A DNA stretch of 63,696 bases, filler included, from Octopus bimaculoides (lineage: Eukaryota), in the NCBI RefSeq assembly GCF_001194135.2. It is 6 parts of 6 records of this genome, joined end to end, with 100 filler letters (N's around TTAATTAATTAA, not from the genome) between each part and the next. Parts side by side here need not be neighbours in the genome. Positions count along the whole stretch, not along the records: positions 22,271 to 48,391 come from NC_068988.1; 5 more parts are not named here. One strand, written 5' to 3'. Shown here one piece after another: positions 23,076 through 37,755 of this stretch; the first letter of the stretch is position 1; every line of letters begins with the position of its first letter. The notes under the pieces were generated by a model that did no database searches, was not told the DNA's origin, and was given only the letters and a program-made list of their open reading frames with translations. The translations under genes were made by a program, and so were the position numbers.

Positions 23076-23454
23076 GTGTGTGCGCACGTGCATGTGTGTA
23101 GGTGTATATGTATATATATGTATGTATGCATGGATACGCGCGCGCGCACACAAATACATATACATATGTATATATTTATTGAATAGTAGAGTTATAGAGA
23201 CTCACTAACACGACTTAAGGTTTCTGTCTCAAGAATATGATGATCGCCACACTTCTTCAGCTGACGCATGTCCGGTGCCCATAACACCATCAAATCTACA
23301 TACATATGTAGACAAACATTTAGAGAAACTTGTCTATCTATCTATCTACCTATCTATCTATTTATCCAAATATCGCGTTCTCTTTCTATGTGTGTGTGGG
23401 AGGGGCGTTTGCGTGTATTAATATATATATATATAATATGCGTGTATCAATATA

Positions 23455-24197
23455 CAGGAGTTGGACAAAATAATGGAAACGCCTAGCATCATAGCATCAT
23501 AATTTTGAAATACCTATGAAACCGTCAAAAGTTTCTTCATTTTAAAGTTTCTTTTTATTTATTATTAGTGTTGCTTAATATATTTTGCTAAAATTGCTGT
23601 TTCTTTTCAGATATCATCAGAAAGAGGTTATTAAAATTCATTAAAATGACAGATTTATCGGACTTTCAAAGAGGTCAAATTGTTGGTGCTCGAATGGCAG
23701 GCGCTAGCCTAACGAAAACTGCCGAAATGTTTGGTGTATCAAGAAGTACTACTGTTTCGAAAGTAATGACAGCCTTTGACAAAGAGGGGAGAATTTCTTC
23801 ATCGAAACTCCAGAAGAAAACCAAAACTTTCAGATAGGGACCATCGGACTCTTACGCGAATTGTTAGAAAGGATGACAACAGTACAGCTCCCAAAATCAC
23901 TGCAGAACTTAACGATCACCTCGAGAACCCAGTTTCCACAAAAACTGTTCGCCGGAAGCTGCACAAAGCCGGATTTTACGGGAGGGCTGCAATCAGAAAA
24001 CCATTACTTTCAAAAACAAACGTTGCAAAGCGTTCAGAGTGGAATAAAAACCTATAGAGTTGGTCCCTAGAGCAGTGGAAGAGTGAGTTCTTCTCGGAAG
24101 TGACAGCCAAAAGAAGCATTTGATGCAGACTGCCTTCTTCCAACTGTTAAACATGGAGGATGATCTGTGATGATCGGGGGAGGGGAGCTATATCTTG
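23455..24197 (+). pseudogene. Tc1 transposon 5' half (left TIR and HTH domain)
   Basis: TA|CAGGAGTTGGACAAAATAATGGAAAC. MTDLSDFQRGQIVGARMAGAS..GVSRST.VSKVM..RKPKLSDRDHRTL..GRAAIRKPLL; one frameshift and an internal deletion. Confidence 0.92.
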
Positions 24198-24537
24198 TAT
24201 ATATGTCTTGTATATATGTATGTATCAATATATATGTATGTCTGTGTATGTATGCACACGCACGCACACACACACACACACACAAACATACTCCCATAAA
24301 CATACATTCATAAACACATATATACGTGTGTATTTAAGTGTGCATGTGTGCATGTCTGTGTGTGTGGAGGCGCGACAGACAAACACTGACGCACACATGA
24401 CCAAGGAGAGAAAACATCTGCAGCATTCTTGATTTAAATTTAAAGGCCAATATTTAGAAGAAGCAGAAGAAGAAGAAAGAGAAGAAGAAAAAGAAGAACA
24501 ACAGCTAGTACTATTCCGACAACAAATACTACTACTA

Positions 24538-24575
<38 letters not shown>

Positions 24576-25112
24576 CCAGCAATAGCAACAGCAACTCATT
24601 GGTAAAACCAGAAATTCTTCTAATTAAATTTNNNNNNNNNNGCAACAGCAACTCATTGGTAAAACCAGAAATTCTTCTAATTAAATTTCTTTGGTCATGT
24701 GACATTTACTTTGAAATTTGAAAAAAGTTCTTTAACTCTTTTTTATTTTATAATTTTATTTATCTACTTCTATTTCCCCTCCCCACCCCAACCAAACCTT
24801 TTTTTTTTTTTACGTCTTCATTTTATTTATATTTTACCTTATCTATTTATTTTTATTTTGGTCATTTCTTAAGCTTCGTCTACAGATTCCATTTTCATTG
24901 ATGTTGTACGTAACGATGTTCTTTTACCATAATTATATTTTGTTGCCTATCCCCATTTACGGTCAAAAATGTTGGCTAATGACCGAAAGTGTACAATCAC
25001 GAATACAAACAACCGAAATGAGGCTCTTCCGAAAGACCTCTGGAGAAACGTTACTGGACTCAATGTGTATATGAGCTCAACATTTCAGCGACTTGGCCAA
25101 AAGCTTTCTTAT

Positions 25113-25145
<33 letters not shown>

Positions 25146-25934
25146 TACACACGCACACACACACACACACAAATCCATTAACAAAACTTTGATCGGCTTG
25201 AGGCTATCGTAGAAGACACCTGCCCAAAGTGCCACGCATTGGGACTGAACTCCGAACCACGTGACTGGGAAACAAGCTTCTTACCGAACAGCCATGCCTG
25301 CATCTATGTTAAATTTTTTAAAGATTCCTGTATAGAATGAGCCGGTTTCTAACAAAAATTACAAAGCTCCATTATTAGAAGGTAGATAAGGAAGACAATG
25401 TCACAACTTGAGAAAAGTCTTACATATTTTTACTGTTCCGCTTACAGATTGTATTTGTAATGTACAAATAAGCTGCTTTATTTATTTTTCAGATTGTCAC
25501 TTAAGCATTAACTTACACACAAAAGTGTACCAATTATAGTCCATCAATTTATAGTCTGGATATTGAAGCTGGCAATTTCGAAGTAATTGTCCATCGTTAT
25601 CCTCTTTTGATTCTGGAAGAGATATTCCCATCAGGAGGTCCGCTGTCTTCTATGACGGTACATACTTTTCTTTTCTGCCTCCAATAACTATATCCGGCCT
25701 GTTTCATTGGCGCCTCGAAGTTTTTAAGAGAAGGTTTGGTATTCATATATTTCCATTATGCTTTTATACATAAGCATATTTGTATCCTAGACATTATTTA
25801 CATGTGTGTATGTATATACAAATTTATCTACATATACACTGCATATTTATACATTATGTATGTTTCTTTTCTTTACTGTCCACAAGGGGCTACACACAGA
25901 GGGGACTAACAAGGACAGACAAACAGATTAAGTG

Positions 25935-26097
25935 GATTATATCGACCTCAGTGCGTAACTGGTACTTATTTAATCGACCCCGAAAGGATAAAAGCAAAGT
26001 CGACATCGGCGGAATTTGAACTCAGAACGTAGCGGTAGAAGAAATACCGCTAAGCATTTTGCCCGGCGTGCTAACGTTTCTGCCAGCTCGCCGCCTT
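25935..26097 (-). mobile_element. SINE family A, CpG-intact copy
   Basis: ggtacttatttaatcgaccccgaaaggataaaagcaaagtcgacatcggcggaatttgaactcagaacg...gccagctcgcc. Confidence 0.8.
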
Positions 26098-26287
26098 ACA
26101 CATTATGTATGTTTACTAATACATATGTTGTGCTTATATGCATTAAACATTTGTACATTTACAATTGTTTGTGTGTATATGCTTTATTCTTTTATTCTTT
26201 TACATGTTTCAGCCCTAAGGTTTTGGTTATAGTGTAATCACCCCTTTAATGGCCAATTCTGTGTGATTGTATACATATTAATTTGTT

Positions 26288-26329
<42 letters not shown>

Positions 26330-27867
26330 NNNNNNNNNNNNNNNNNNNNNNNNNNNNNNNNNNNNNNNNNNNNNNNNNNNNNNNNNNNNNNNNNNNNNNN
26401 NNNNNNNNNNNNNNNNNNNNNNNNNNNNNNNNNNNNNNNNNNNNNNNNNNNNNNNNNNNNNNNNNNNNNNNNNNNNNNNNNNNNNNNNNNNNNNNNNNNN
26501 NNNNNNNNNNNNNNNNNNNNNNNNNNNNNNNNNNNNNNNNNNNNNNNNNNNNNNNNNNNNNNNNNNNNNNNNNNNNNNNNNNNNNNNNNNNNNNNNNNNN
26601 NNNNNNNNNNNNNNNNNNNNNNNNNNNNNNNNNNNNNNNNNNNNNNNNNNNNNNNNNNNNNNNNNNNNNNNNNNNNNNNNNNNNNNNNNNNNNNNNNNNN
26701 NNNNNNNNNNNNNNNNNNNNNNNNNNNNNNNNNNNNNNNNNNNNNNNNNNNNNNNNNNNNNNNNNNNNNNNNNNNNNNNNNNNNNNNNNNNNNNNNNNNN
26801 NNNNNNNNNNNNNNNNNNNNNNNNNNNNNNNNNNNNNNNNNNNNNNNNNNNNNNNNNNNNNNNNNNNNNNNNCTATTATGTTGGCAAATAATCTTTAATC
26901 TACATACACACACACACACACACACACATACACACTCACTCACACACACATATATATACTCACACTCATATATACACACAACAAGATTTACAAAATATAC
27001 AACTAATAGCTTGTAATTGTATTTTCTTAGTTAATCGTGTCTTTTTTAGTCTTTTTTTTTTTTTGCTTTTGTGAAATCCGGTTACTCACGTCTGATGTTA
27101 AAGCAATTAATCAAATAAATAAGAGACTTCTTCATTTCGGATTATAAATGTAAACTTAAAGTCCGAGTATACCAGCAGTAGATGTTCTCACCTGTTCGAT
27201 ATACATGTTTTTCCATTTTTCTTTTATTAGCGGGACCCGTGAATATTTCACTGACGTAATGGTGAACCTGTTGGGTTATATCTTATAATTTTATCCCAGA
27301 ATCCTGAATGCGTAGCCTGTGTAGTGTCTAGATGAAAAGATAGTCGCTCAAGGTGAAGGAAATTAGAATACGAAAGTTACTTAATGCAGTTTCTATATAC
27401 ACTTTATATACTTTATGCACAATTTTATAGACTTAATACACGGCACTCATAAAATATTTACTCTTATTTTTCCACTTTTCCTATAAACAAATAAACAAAA
27501 AAATATCCCTTCCATATGATACAACCTTTAGTTAAATTGCATATATCTGCCATGTAAATAAGCGTGGATATTTCATGGAGTTGCACTTCTGTGCATATGT
27601 TAAGTGACAGGTGATATAAAAAGCTTAGTTCAATTTTAAAAAGTACACTTTTCACTATCCAGGCACCACCTCCACTACCACCANNNNNNNNNNNNNNNNN
27701 NNNNNNNNNNNNNNNNNNNNNNNNNNNNNNNNNNNNNNNNNNNNNNNNNNNNNNNNNNNNNNNNNNNNNNNNNNNNNNNNNNNCATACATATATGCATAC
27801 ATACATACATACATACACACAAAACACACAGACATACACACGTGTATGTATGTGGTCTATGTGTGTG

Positions 27868-28018
27868 TGTTTGTGTGCTAAAAGCTTACTTCCCAACCAC
27901 ATGGTTCGAGGTTCAGTTCCACTGCGTAACACTTGGAACAGGTGTCTTCTACTGCAGCCTCGAGTCGACCAAAGCCTCGTAAGTGGATTTGGTAGACGGA
28001 AACTGAAAGAGGCCTGTC

Positions 28019-28068
<50 letters not shown>

Positions 28069-28270
28069 GCGTGCGTGCGTGTGTTTATGTTTGTCCCCTA
28101 CCATCGTAGGGCAACCAGTGCTGTTGCGTTTACGGATTCTTAGCTTAGCGGTTCGGCAAAAAAGACCGATAAGTACTAGGGTCGATTGAATTGACTAAAA
28201 CAATTCTGCAAGGCGACGCTCCTGCATGGCCGCAGTCTAAAATCTGAAACAAGTAAAAAATAAAGGATAT
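27868..28270 (+). mobile_element. SINE family B full length with internal (TG)n
   Basis: Head, then (TG)n, then 3' module (ttagcggttcggcaaaa..gaccgat..aagtactagg..catggccgcagtc..ctgaaacaagtaaaa). Same architecture at 36632-37036; 3' module fragment at 58105-58232(-). Confidence 0.8.
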
Positions 28271-28633
28271 AAGATACATAGATGCATATATACGTACGCA
28301 AAGATACAAACATGCATACAAATATATATATACACATATATATATATATACGCATGCATACACAAATGCACACATACAAACACACACATACACATGGTTT
28401 TCGACGTTAATAGATTCAAACGAAGTAGATTTTTTTTCAAATTTAGTACTCAATACTTCATGCAAATGTGGAATTTTATATTCTTTATCTACCTGTCTAA
28501 ACTTTTCGTCAGTATCATAACCATCGCCACCTCCGCATGGTCCCGCACACCACCACTGCACTCTCTGCCNNNNNNNNNNNNNNNNNNNNNNNNNNNNNNN
28601 NNNNNNNNCACCACCACCACCACCACCACCACC

Positions 28634-28684
<51 letters not shown>

Positions 28685-29429
28685 TACTGTTATCTTTATT
28701 TACCGAGATGATTGATTCTGTGCAATAGAAAGAAGATAATGGAAGAAAAAATAACTCTGCACGGAAAAAAAAAACAGTATCAATCAAGGGAGATTACTCT
28801 GAATGACTATCATTTCAAATTCTACTTTCACATTCACTGCAAGATGAAAGCTTCCAGATATCGTTGCCTCTTTATTTCGTGTACTGTACACAGCACTGTC
28901 CAATGGCCATACATTTCCACTCATGTCAATTCCGAGCTGGATGGGATACTCTTGGCTATTAGAGAAAAACTGTAAATTAAGTGACCGTGCAGATATTTGA
29001 TGAAAGTAAAGTTCCTATCATCCATCCATTCATCCAACCTCCATTTCTGGGAGGGTCGTAGAGTTTGAGTTCTCAGGCACTCCCTCCTTAGGGTTCTATC
29101 CAGGGCTTGATTAAGACCCACAGAGGCCCTAAGCATTAAAAAAATTTGGGTGCCCCTATATATGTACAATTTAAATATAAACAATAATAAACCACAAAAT
29201 ATTATTTTATTTTTCAAAATGAAACAAAACTAACAGTAAGAGGGAAAATAATCTTTATTTTTGTATACTTCCACTTTATTTCTAATTGCAAAGTCTTTGA
29301 TGGATAGATAATAGATATACATATATAGATATACATGCATATACATATATACACACATATATTCATATACATTTATGCATATACATATATATACATATAT
29401 GCATGCACATCTTTATAATAATAACAATA

Positions 29430-29630
29430 TACAAACATACACGCATTCATAAATACATACATACTTACATACATATAAACATACGCACTTACGTACATAC
29501 ATACGTACGTATGTACATACATACATATGTACGTATATACATACATACATACATACATACATACATACATACATACATACATACATACATACATACATAC
29601 ATACATACGTATGTACGTACGTACGTACAT
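29430..29630. repeat. (ACAT)n/(ACGT) tetranucleotide block
   Basis: Direct inspection; similar blocks at 34620, 49945 and 60830. Confidence 0.9.
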
Positions 29631-31842
29631 ATCCTCAAAACACATCTGCTTCTATGTATAGTATAGATAAGGCATGCTAAATATTATGTTTACAAGTTTC
29701 AAGTGATCTCTTTTGTGCCGTAAACCATTTACTATTTCTGTGGTACCTCGCATTCATTTATGCGGGGTGCTACAGAACTGGTAAACTTTGTGATTCTTTC
29801 CTACAGCATTCTCATAACATATCCAGAGTTGTCTCTCAACGTGGAAGAGTAACGGCTCGGCCAGGAGAGACTCCTTGATCCCTGAGCTACACACCCATGG
29901 AATAATTTTATGCTAGAGATCCTTCAGAGGTACCATATTTCGCGATCGCACTCTCACCCAACATTCATGACGACAGGTGAGCACAGGTAGAAAAACCGAG
30001 TTCTCTGTAGTATTGTCGGTTTTCTGGTAACCGGTCCGTGCGGTCATACGTCTCTAACTGATTCCTATGACTGAACCCTAAATCCTCACAGATATTAGTT
30101 TCAGGTATATATTATATATATGAACATGGCATTGCAAGTAATTCTTTTATCAAAATTGAATCTAAAGAGAGCGACAGACTAAGTTTTACTGGCAACATTT
30201 GAATATAAAATGGTAGAACACTGACAGTCAATGTTATAAAGCATTATTCTTTAATCAAGCTATTGACCACCGACTGATGCATAATAGTTTATCTATTGGT
30301 TTTGACGATGAATATTCGTTAATTCAGCATATAATTAGTTGAATATACCGTATAGTAACTGCATAAAACGCCCAAGTAGCAGAGTTTAATATGTAAGTAG
30401 CTGATTCTACTTGGATAAACGTCATACCCAGGTAAAATTAGCATCACTTAGTGTGTAACTGGCTGGATATTTGATTTAAAGGTACAATTCTACAATTTAA
30501 AGGTACAATCCAATGACCATCTCAAAATTTCCATCTATCCAGTTTTACTCATAATTCTTGTGCCGATGTTAGATTCTTGTTTAAGACGCTTTCACAAGAT
30601 ATTGCACCGTGAGATCAATCTGAAACGTAGCAGTTACGATACCAACTTCTTAGTCATTCTGCCAAGTTCACGTCTGTTTGAAGACCGATCACGTCTGATC
30701 GATCTTTCGGAGACATGAAGGGGACCTCAGGAAAGCCGCTCGACAATGAATATTCCTTCACTTAATGTGTAAGTTGAGGAAGAATCTACAGATAAGTGTA
30801 TCCTTCATGTAATCCCTAGCTGAAACAAGGTACGACACAGTATGCGAGTAAGCTGATTTATCTCCCCTCTTTTACCTTTTTCCATGAATTGAAATGCACC
30901 TGAGCGCTATATGCAATAAGCTCATAATTATATTATATTATATTACACTACATTATATTATATTATATTATATTATATTATTATATTTATATTGTGTAAA
31001 CTTTTCAATGTTATTTCTACTTCAATGCGGCTTGAGTGTGATGGAAAAAATGACAACGACGATTTAAGCGGTCTGAGTTATCTTCCTTGAACCCAGCTCT
31101 CCTATTCTGATATATCGTCCACTGTATGCCCGTGCTATTGATTTCTGCACATATTTTTTTATGATACTTTGTGTTAAAAGCTGTTCTACAGAGCTGAAAC
31201 TATACAGGGTGATTACAGTAAAGTATTTCAACGAAATGGATAAGTTCGCTTGGCAACCATGAAGGAGGGTCGGGTGGATCCCACCGCATAGCACTTTGGG
31301 CGCGTGTTTTTTTACGTAACCCGGGTTGACCTGTACATTTTGAGTGAAATTGGATGGACGGTAACTCATTGGAAGCCCATCGGAAGAGTTGAACAGGTAG
31401 TTTGTAGGCATACTTTTGTCACGCTATTTCAGCTGGAGAATGACGTTGCCTGTCGACTAGTATGCCCCTTCACACTCTAAATCAATTAGCAGGTAGTCCA
31501 GTTGTGGAGACGCATGGCTTAGTGGTTAGGGTGTTGGACTTATGGTCGAAAGATTGTGGTTTCGTTTCCTGGACCGGGTGATGCGTTGTATTCTTGAGCA
31601 AAATACTTCATTTTTGCGTTGCTCCAGTCCATTTAGTCGGTAAAAATGAGTTTTCCTACGACGAACCGGCGCCCAGTCTAAAGAGGAATATGTATACGCC
31701 AGAGAACCGGGGAAACTTGGCCTATGCTCCTTACGTACTTATGTGAACTGAACAGGTAGTCCAGTTAATCTAACAACTCAATACTCATCGTCGAAACCGA
31801 CGAAAATCCAATTACAGACATACAGACATATACATACATGCA

Positions 31843-31878
<36 letters not shown>

Positions 31879-32059
31879 TAGATAATAAGCACGCGCGCAG
31901 GTACACACACACACACACGCTTATATGTTAAATAACCAGACTATATGAAAATGGCGAGATGTTATGAGATGTTAAAGACAGTTCCAGTGTTATACCAAAC
32001 CATACGACGATGGTTATATATGTGTGTGTACAAATACATACACACACACACACACACAT

Positions 32060-32114
<55 letters not shown>

Positions 32115-32558
32115 NNNNNNNNNNNNNNNNNNNNNNNNNNNNNNNNNNNNNNNNNNNNNNNNNNNNNNNNNNNNNNNNNNNNNNNNNNNNNNNNNNNNNN
32201 NNNNNNNNNNNNNNNNNNNNNNNNNNNNNNNNNNNNNNNNNNNNNNNNNNNNNNNNNNNNNNNNNNNNNNTATATATATATGTATGCATATATATATACA
32301 CACACGTGTGTATGTGTATGAATATATGTATATATATATATACAAATGCATCAATATATACATACATGCTTTCCTACAGCATGCTTACAAGTATATATAA
32401 ACGCAGTCATTCAACCATACGCCTTTCTCCCTCCATGTATACACATTCATCTATTTCTAAATGCATACATGTATATTATGCATAAATGCATATAAATACT
32501 TTACAATTTTATAGTTTCGTCACTGGCACCTTTACGACCGCACTGACAATGGATTGAC

Positions 32559-32627
<69 letters not shown>

Positions 32628-33199
32628 TCGTGGGGGTTATATGGTTTGTAAATGACTTATGGTTAGTATCGATTTCCGTCCATCGATCACTGAAAACTAA
32701 TATTGGCACTCCGCCAAAATCGATGTCAAATCATTCTAACCTACACAGCCATACACTAGATGCTCACGAGTATTTACATTCACTAATGTGTGTGTGTGTA
32801 TTTAATATAAACATAATAAGCATAGAATATGCACATAGACTCATTGTGCATGTGGGACACGCCCAACTCATCAGATGCTAGAAGAAGAGTGAAAGATGGC
32901 CTACATTGGTCCGTTCAGGTCACGTGGTATTACTGTTGTAAATGAGACACCAGATATTTTCGTTATTTTTAGATCCACTTGTTTGGACAGGACATTTTGC
33001 CACTTTCACGACAGGATAAAAGTATAGGATAATCAGCGACATCAGTTCCTTGCTTTGAGTGAAGCTCATGGTTGGGTATGATGTTGGCGCGAGTCAGTAA
33101 GTTCACTCGTCATTCAGTTTACCTAACACCATCAAATTTGGTTACTCACCACTTAAAGAATGTTGCCACTTATGTGTACCAACAAAACAATGACTGAAC

Positions 33200-33470
33200 A
33201 ATGACTGTAGAAATGCTTCATGAGTCAGAACATAAAGAAAAAGTGGGAGAGGATTCCCCTCCTTGATAGGACCAATCGTGTGATTTGAAAAGGTTTTTGA
33301 AAAGTAACCATTTCGTATGTTCCGGAATCAAATTAAAACTGATTGTACTGAGGACAAACACCAAGAAACTATGGTTGACCCAGTCGAAAACTTTAGATGG
33401 ATCAAAAATAATCAGAGTCCCGCCGAAATCGAGTTCGTCATCCACCCGTTCTAGAATGCAGCGTATCATC
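33200..33470 (-). mobile_element. L1/Tx1-like RT fragment
   Basis: IRCILERVDDELDFGGTLIIFDPSKVFDWVNHSFL resembles GALIxLDQSKAFDRVDHxFL. Confidence 0.7.
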
Positions 33471-34385
33471 GGATATGCAACTGGTACTTAATTTATCAAC
33501 CCCGAAAGGATGAAAGGCAAAGTCGACCTTGGCGAAATTTGAACTCAGAACGTAAAGACAGACGAAATGCTGCTATGCATTTCGCCTGATTCTGCTAGCT
33601 AACGATTCTGCCAGCTCGCCGTTATAAAAGAGGAATGAATATTGTGGTCTTCCTTGATAGACTGCATGAATAAAGACGAGATGGTCACGAGCAGAAAACT
33701 TTTGAATATAATTTTGGAGGTTCATAGCAGAACTGCAGCTAAACGCAAACAAAATGTCATCGATCTGTTATACATGTTATTTATATACCAAGATCGAATG
33801 ACATAATCGCTTTCAACACAGCAATAAGCAAATACAGGAACTTCTCTTTGTCTCTCTCTATGTAGTTGCTCGCAAAATCTTTTTAAAATCGGAGAATACA
33901 TTGGTTACATGTAGTCCTAGATACTTTTGTGTCTACAAAACATTAAAGAAAACGGTTATTTCAGAACTGGGGTGCCTTTGATGAGTTTTGCTTTATCATA
34001 ACCAAACTGGGACTTCAGCAGCAGTGACGACAACAACAACGATATGATAACAAAATAGACACCACTTTTCAATAAAGCTGCGTAGTCGCCATTTTGTTCA
34101 GAGATAGCGGAAAGCAAAAACAAAAAAAAATGTCTGTAACAAAACAAAAGTAAACAATAAGTGAAATGAAAATGGCTGTGTTAAAAATTTACGAATTCAC
34201 TCATTCCACTGGCTTTGTGTTTTTCCGTTCTCCCTGCGGGGAAAGGAAATTAATAAACTCATCAGAGTAGGATTGTATCATCAGGTGAGCCCTGCAACTA
34301 GAGTTGAAGTAACGAAACGAATAGAAAAACGTTATTGATATGGCATAATATCCGGTCTTAATAACTTGTCAATGCTACCCTTCAG

Positions 34386-34497
<112 letters not shown>

Positions 34498-34839
34498 TTT
34501 ACTCTGTCTCTCATTCTCTGTCCCTTTATGTCTCTCTCTTCCTCCCTTTCCTCTCTCATCCTCACATCATTTCCGTGTGTTGCTATAGACATTTGGACTT
34601 TATGAATTTTCGCAGTTCTATGTATGTATGTATGTATGTATGTATGTATGTATGTATGTATGTATGCGTGCGTTTATGTATGTATGTATGCATGTGTACG
34701 TGTGTTTATGTATGTATGTATGCATGTGTGCGTGCGTTTATGTATGCATTATGCATGTGTGCGTGCGTGCATGTATGTATGTATTTATCTATCTATCTAT
34801 TTATCTATCAGTCTGTCTGTCAGTCTGTCTGTCTCTCTC

Positions 34840-34897
<58 letters not shown>

Positions 34898-35570
34898 AAT
34901 CACTCTATCTATCTATTTATCTTTATACATATACACACACACATGTATATGTATATAAAAAATACATATAGAATATATATGTATATATATAAATGCATAC
35001 ACACATATATGCATGCACATATGGATTGAATCAAACGCATACAAACAAACATACGCACAAACACGCGCGCGCATATATATATAACCTTTTTGTGCGTGGA
35101 TACAAACAAGAACTCGTAAAATGGAAGTCAATAGGAAAAGGGGAATTATAATAATTTAATAAAGCCTAAGAGAACGAGGATTAAAATCAATTTCGTCTTT
35201 TGAACTACCAAATTACAACAAAAGAACCTCGAGTGTAGCTGTACATCTATAGCGAGGTGAAAGAGTGGAGACCGAAGAAAAAGAAGATAAATTGTTGAGT
35301 GGAGATAGGAGGAGAAAAAAAATGGAGTGAAAGATAAGGCGTATATTTGAAGACATATATGTTGGTTGGTAAAGTAGTGGTGAAGTCTGAATAGGCAAAT
35401 TTGGAATAGGGAATGTAATTCGGTTGATTAGAACGAACGAAAAGGAATGTTTGGATTGAACTTTGTTATACGTCGGGAGAGTCATTACGCCAATAATAAA
35501 CTTTCGCACTGGTTCAGTTGCACTTCCTTATTATATGTATGTATGTAGCCACCCACATATGTTCGTACAT

Positions 35571-35938
35571 GTTGTTGGCACTCCGTCGCTAACGACGTCG
35601 AGGGGTTCCAGTTGATCCGATCAACGGAACAGCCTGCTCGTGAAATTAACGTGCAAGTGGCTGAGCACTCCACAGACACGTGTACCCTTAACGTAGTTTT
35701 CGGGGATATTCAGCGTGACAAAGTGTGACAAAGCTAACCCTTTGAAATACAGGCACAACAGAAACGGGAAGGAAGAGTGAGAAAATGTTGTAGTGAAAGA
35801 GTACAGCAGGGTTCGCCACCATCCCTTGCCGGAGCCTCGTGGAGCTTTTGGCGTTTTCGCTCAATAAACACTCACAACGCCCGCGGTCTGGGAATCGAAA
35901 CCGCGATCCTATGACCGCGAGTCCGCTGCCCTAACCAC
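35571..35938 (-). mobile_element. SINE family D copy with 11-bp TSD
   Basis: Near-identical to 16369-16752. TSD tgttcgtacat at 35560-35570 and 35939-35949. Confidence 0.9.
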
Positions 35939-36631
35939 TGTTCGTACATAGGTACATGATTACACACATGTATCTATATTTCTAATTTCTTTTCCTTCTT
36001 TCAGGGAAAGTTTGTAAACAGACTTTCTGTGTCTAAAGTGGAGACACTGCATTTCACTTGTGGGAATTGTTTGATAATGTCGTCAAACTATTTATCTCCC
36101 ACGTTTGTTTTGTCTGATAATGTTGATAAATTGCGATTCACCGTGTTGGCTTATTTACTCGAAATATTACGAGCCAGAAGGAGTTATTGTGTTTGCAATT
36201 TTTTTAATGTGCAGTAGGTATGTGTGTACTAGAAGGAAATCTCCGTTCAAAGTTGGGAAAATACAGTTTCTGTTTGTGTGCTTATCTCTATAATTAGTTT
36301 ATTTCATTTAAATTTTGATCGGTTAAAAAGTTGTATTCCTGAATCTAATAAATTTGGTTTTGTCGTTGACAACCACACAACGATAAAGAAATAATACGAA
36401 ACAGAACTACTACATGATTTAATAAAAATTACAATACTATCAACATATATCTAAGGAAGCAAAAGTAATATACCTGTAATCAGAGATAAGACGAATATAT
36501 TGATAAAAAATCGACAGTTTATTCAATGTCCCACAATGCCCTTACCAGGCAGGATTATTGAATTTAACTACAGTATACAACAGAAAATAAAACGAAATCG
36601 GAAAACAACATACATACATCATACATATTGT

Positions 36632-36768
36632 AGGCGTAGGAGTGGCTGTGTGGTAAGTAGCTTGCTTACAAACCATATGGTTCTGGGTTCAGTGTCTTCT
36701 ACTATAACCTCGGGCCGACCAAAGCTTTGTGAGTGGATTTGGTAACGGAAACTGAAAGAAGCCCATCG

Positions 36769-36821
<53 letters not shown>

Positions 36822-37036
36822 TTGTGTGTCTGTGTTTGTCCCCCAACATCGCTTGACAACCGATGATGGTGTGTTTACGTCCCCGTAACTTAGCGGTTCG
36901 GCATAAGGGACGGATAGAATAAGTATTAGGCTTCCAAAAAATAAGTCCTGGGGTCGGTTTACTCGACTAAAGGCGGTGCTCCAGCATGGCCACAGTCAAA
37001 TGACTGAAACAAGTAAAAGAGAAAAGAGTAAAGAGT
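36632..37036 (+). mobile_element. SINE family B full length with internal (TA)n(TG)n
   Basis: Same head/microsatellite/3' module order as 27868-28270; ends in gtaaaagagaaaagagtaaagagt. Confidence 0.8.
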
Positions 37037-37089
37037 ATACATACATACATACATACATACATACATACGTTACAACGTACATACCGCCG

Positions 37090-37402
37090 TACATGGAATG
37101 GTGGCACTCTGTCAATTACGACGACGAGGATTCCAGTTGATCCGATCAACGGAACAGCATGTTCGTGAAATTAACGTCCAAGTGGCTGAGTACTCAATAG
37201 ACACGTGTACTCTTAACGAAGTCCCTAGGGGGATTTAGCCTGACATAGAATTTGACATGATTGGCCTATCGAATAACAGGTACTATTCATTTTTGCCAGT
37301 TGAGTGGACTGGAGCAACGTGGAATAAAGTAACTTGCTGAAGGAGACAGTGCGCCGCCGGGAATCGAACTCGTGACCTTAGATTGCGAACCGAACAACCT
37401 AA
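37090..37402 (-). mobile_element. SINE family D-related variant; related plus-strand copy at about 31503-31730
   Basis: Same 3' tail (gttgatccgatcaacggaacagc) with a different tRNA-like head and an acgttgctccagtccactc core. Confidence 0.7.
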
Positions 37403-37706
37403 CCACTGAGTCATGGGGCTTCATTGTACATGCATTTCGCACGTGCACCCCCCCCCCCGCCACGTATTATGTATGTATATCTGTAGGTACGACATCGACT
37501 TTCTGAACACTGATTAACACCAATGGACAGATACCTCTGTATTTTATTTAATCATTTAAGTAAAATTAATAATTGTTTAATTTAGAGAGTGTTAACCAAA
37601 GTGAACACGCCTGATTCAAAACCATCAGTAATCTGAAAAGATTTTAGAAGCAAAAGTTCACGGGAAAATTGATATTGCCTCTGTGTGTGTGTATATATAT
37701 ATATAA

Positions 37707-37755
<49 letters not shown>

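Noticed and set aside
24582-24688. 47-bp direct duplication across a 10-N gap
   Set aside because: Typical unmerged contig overlap.
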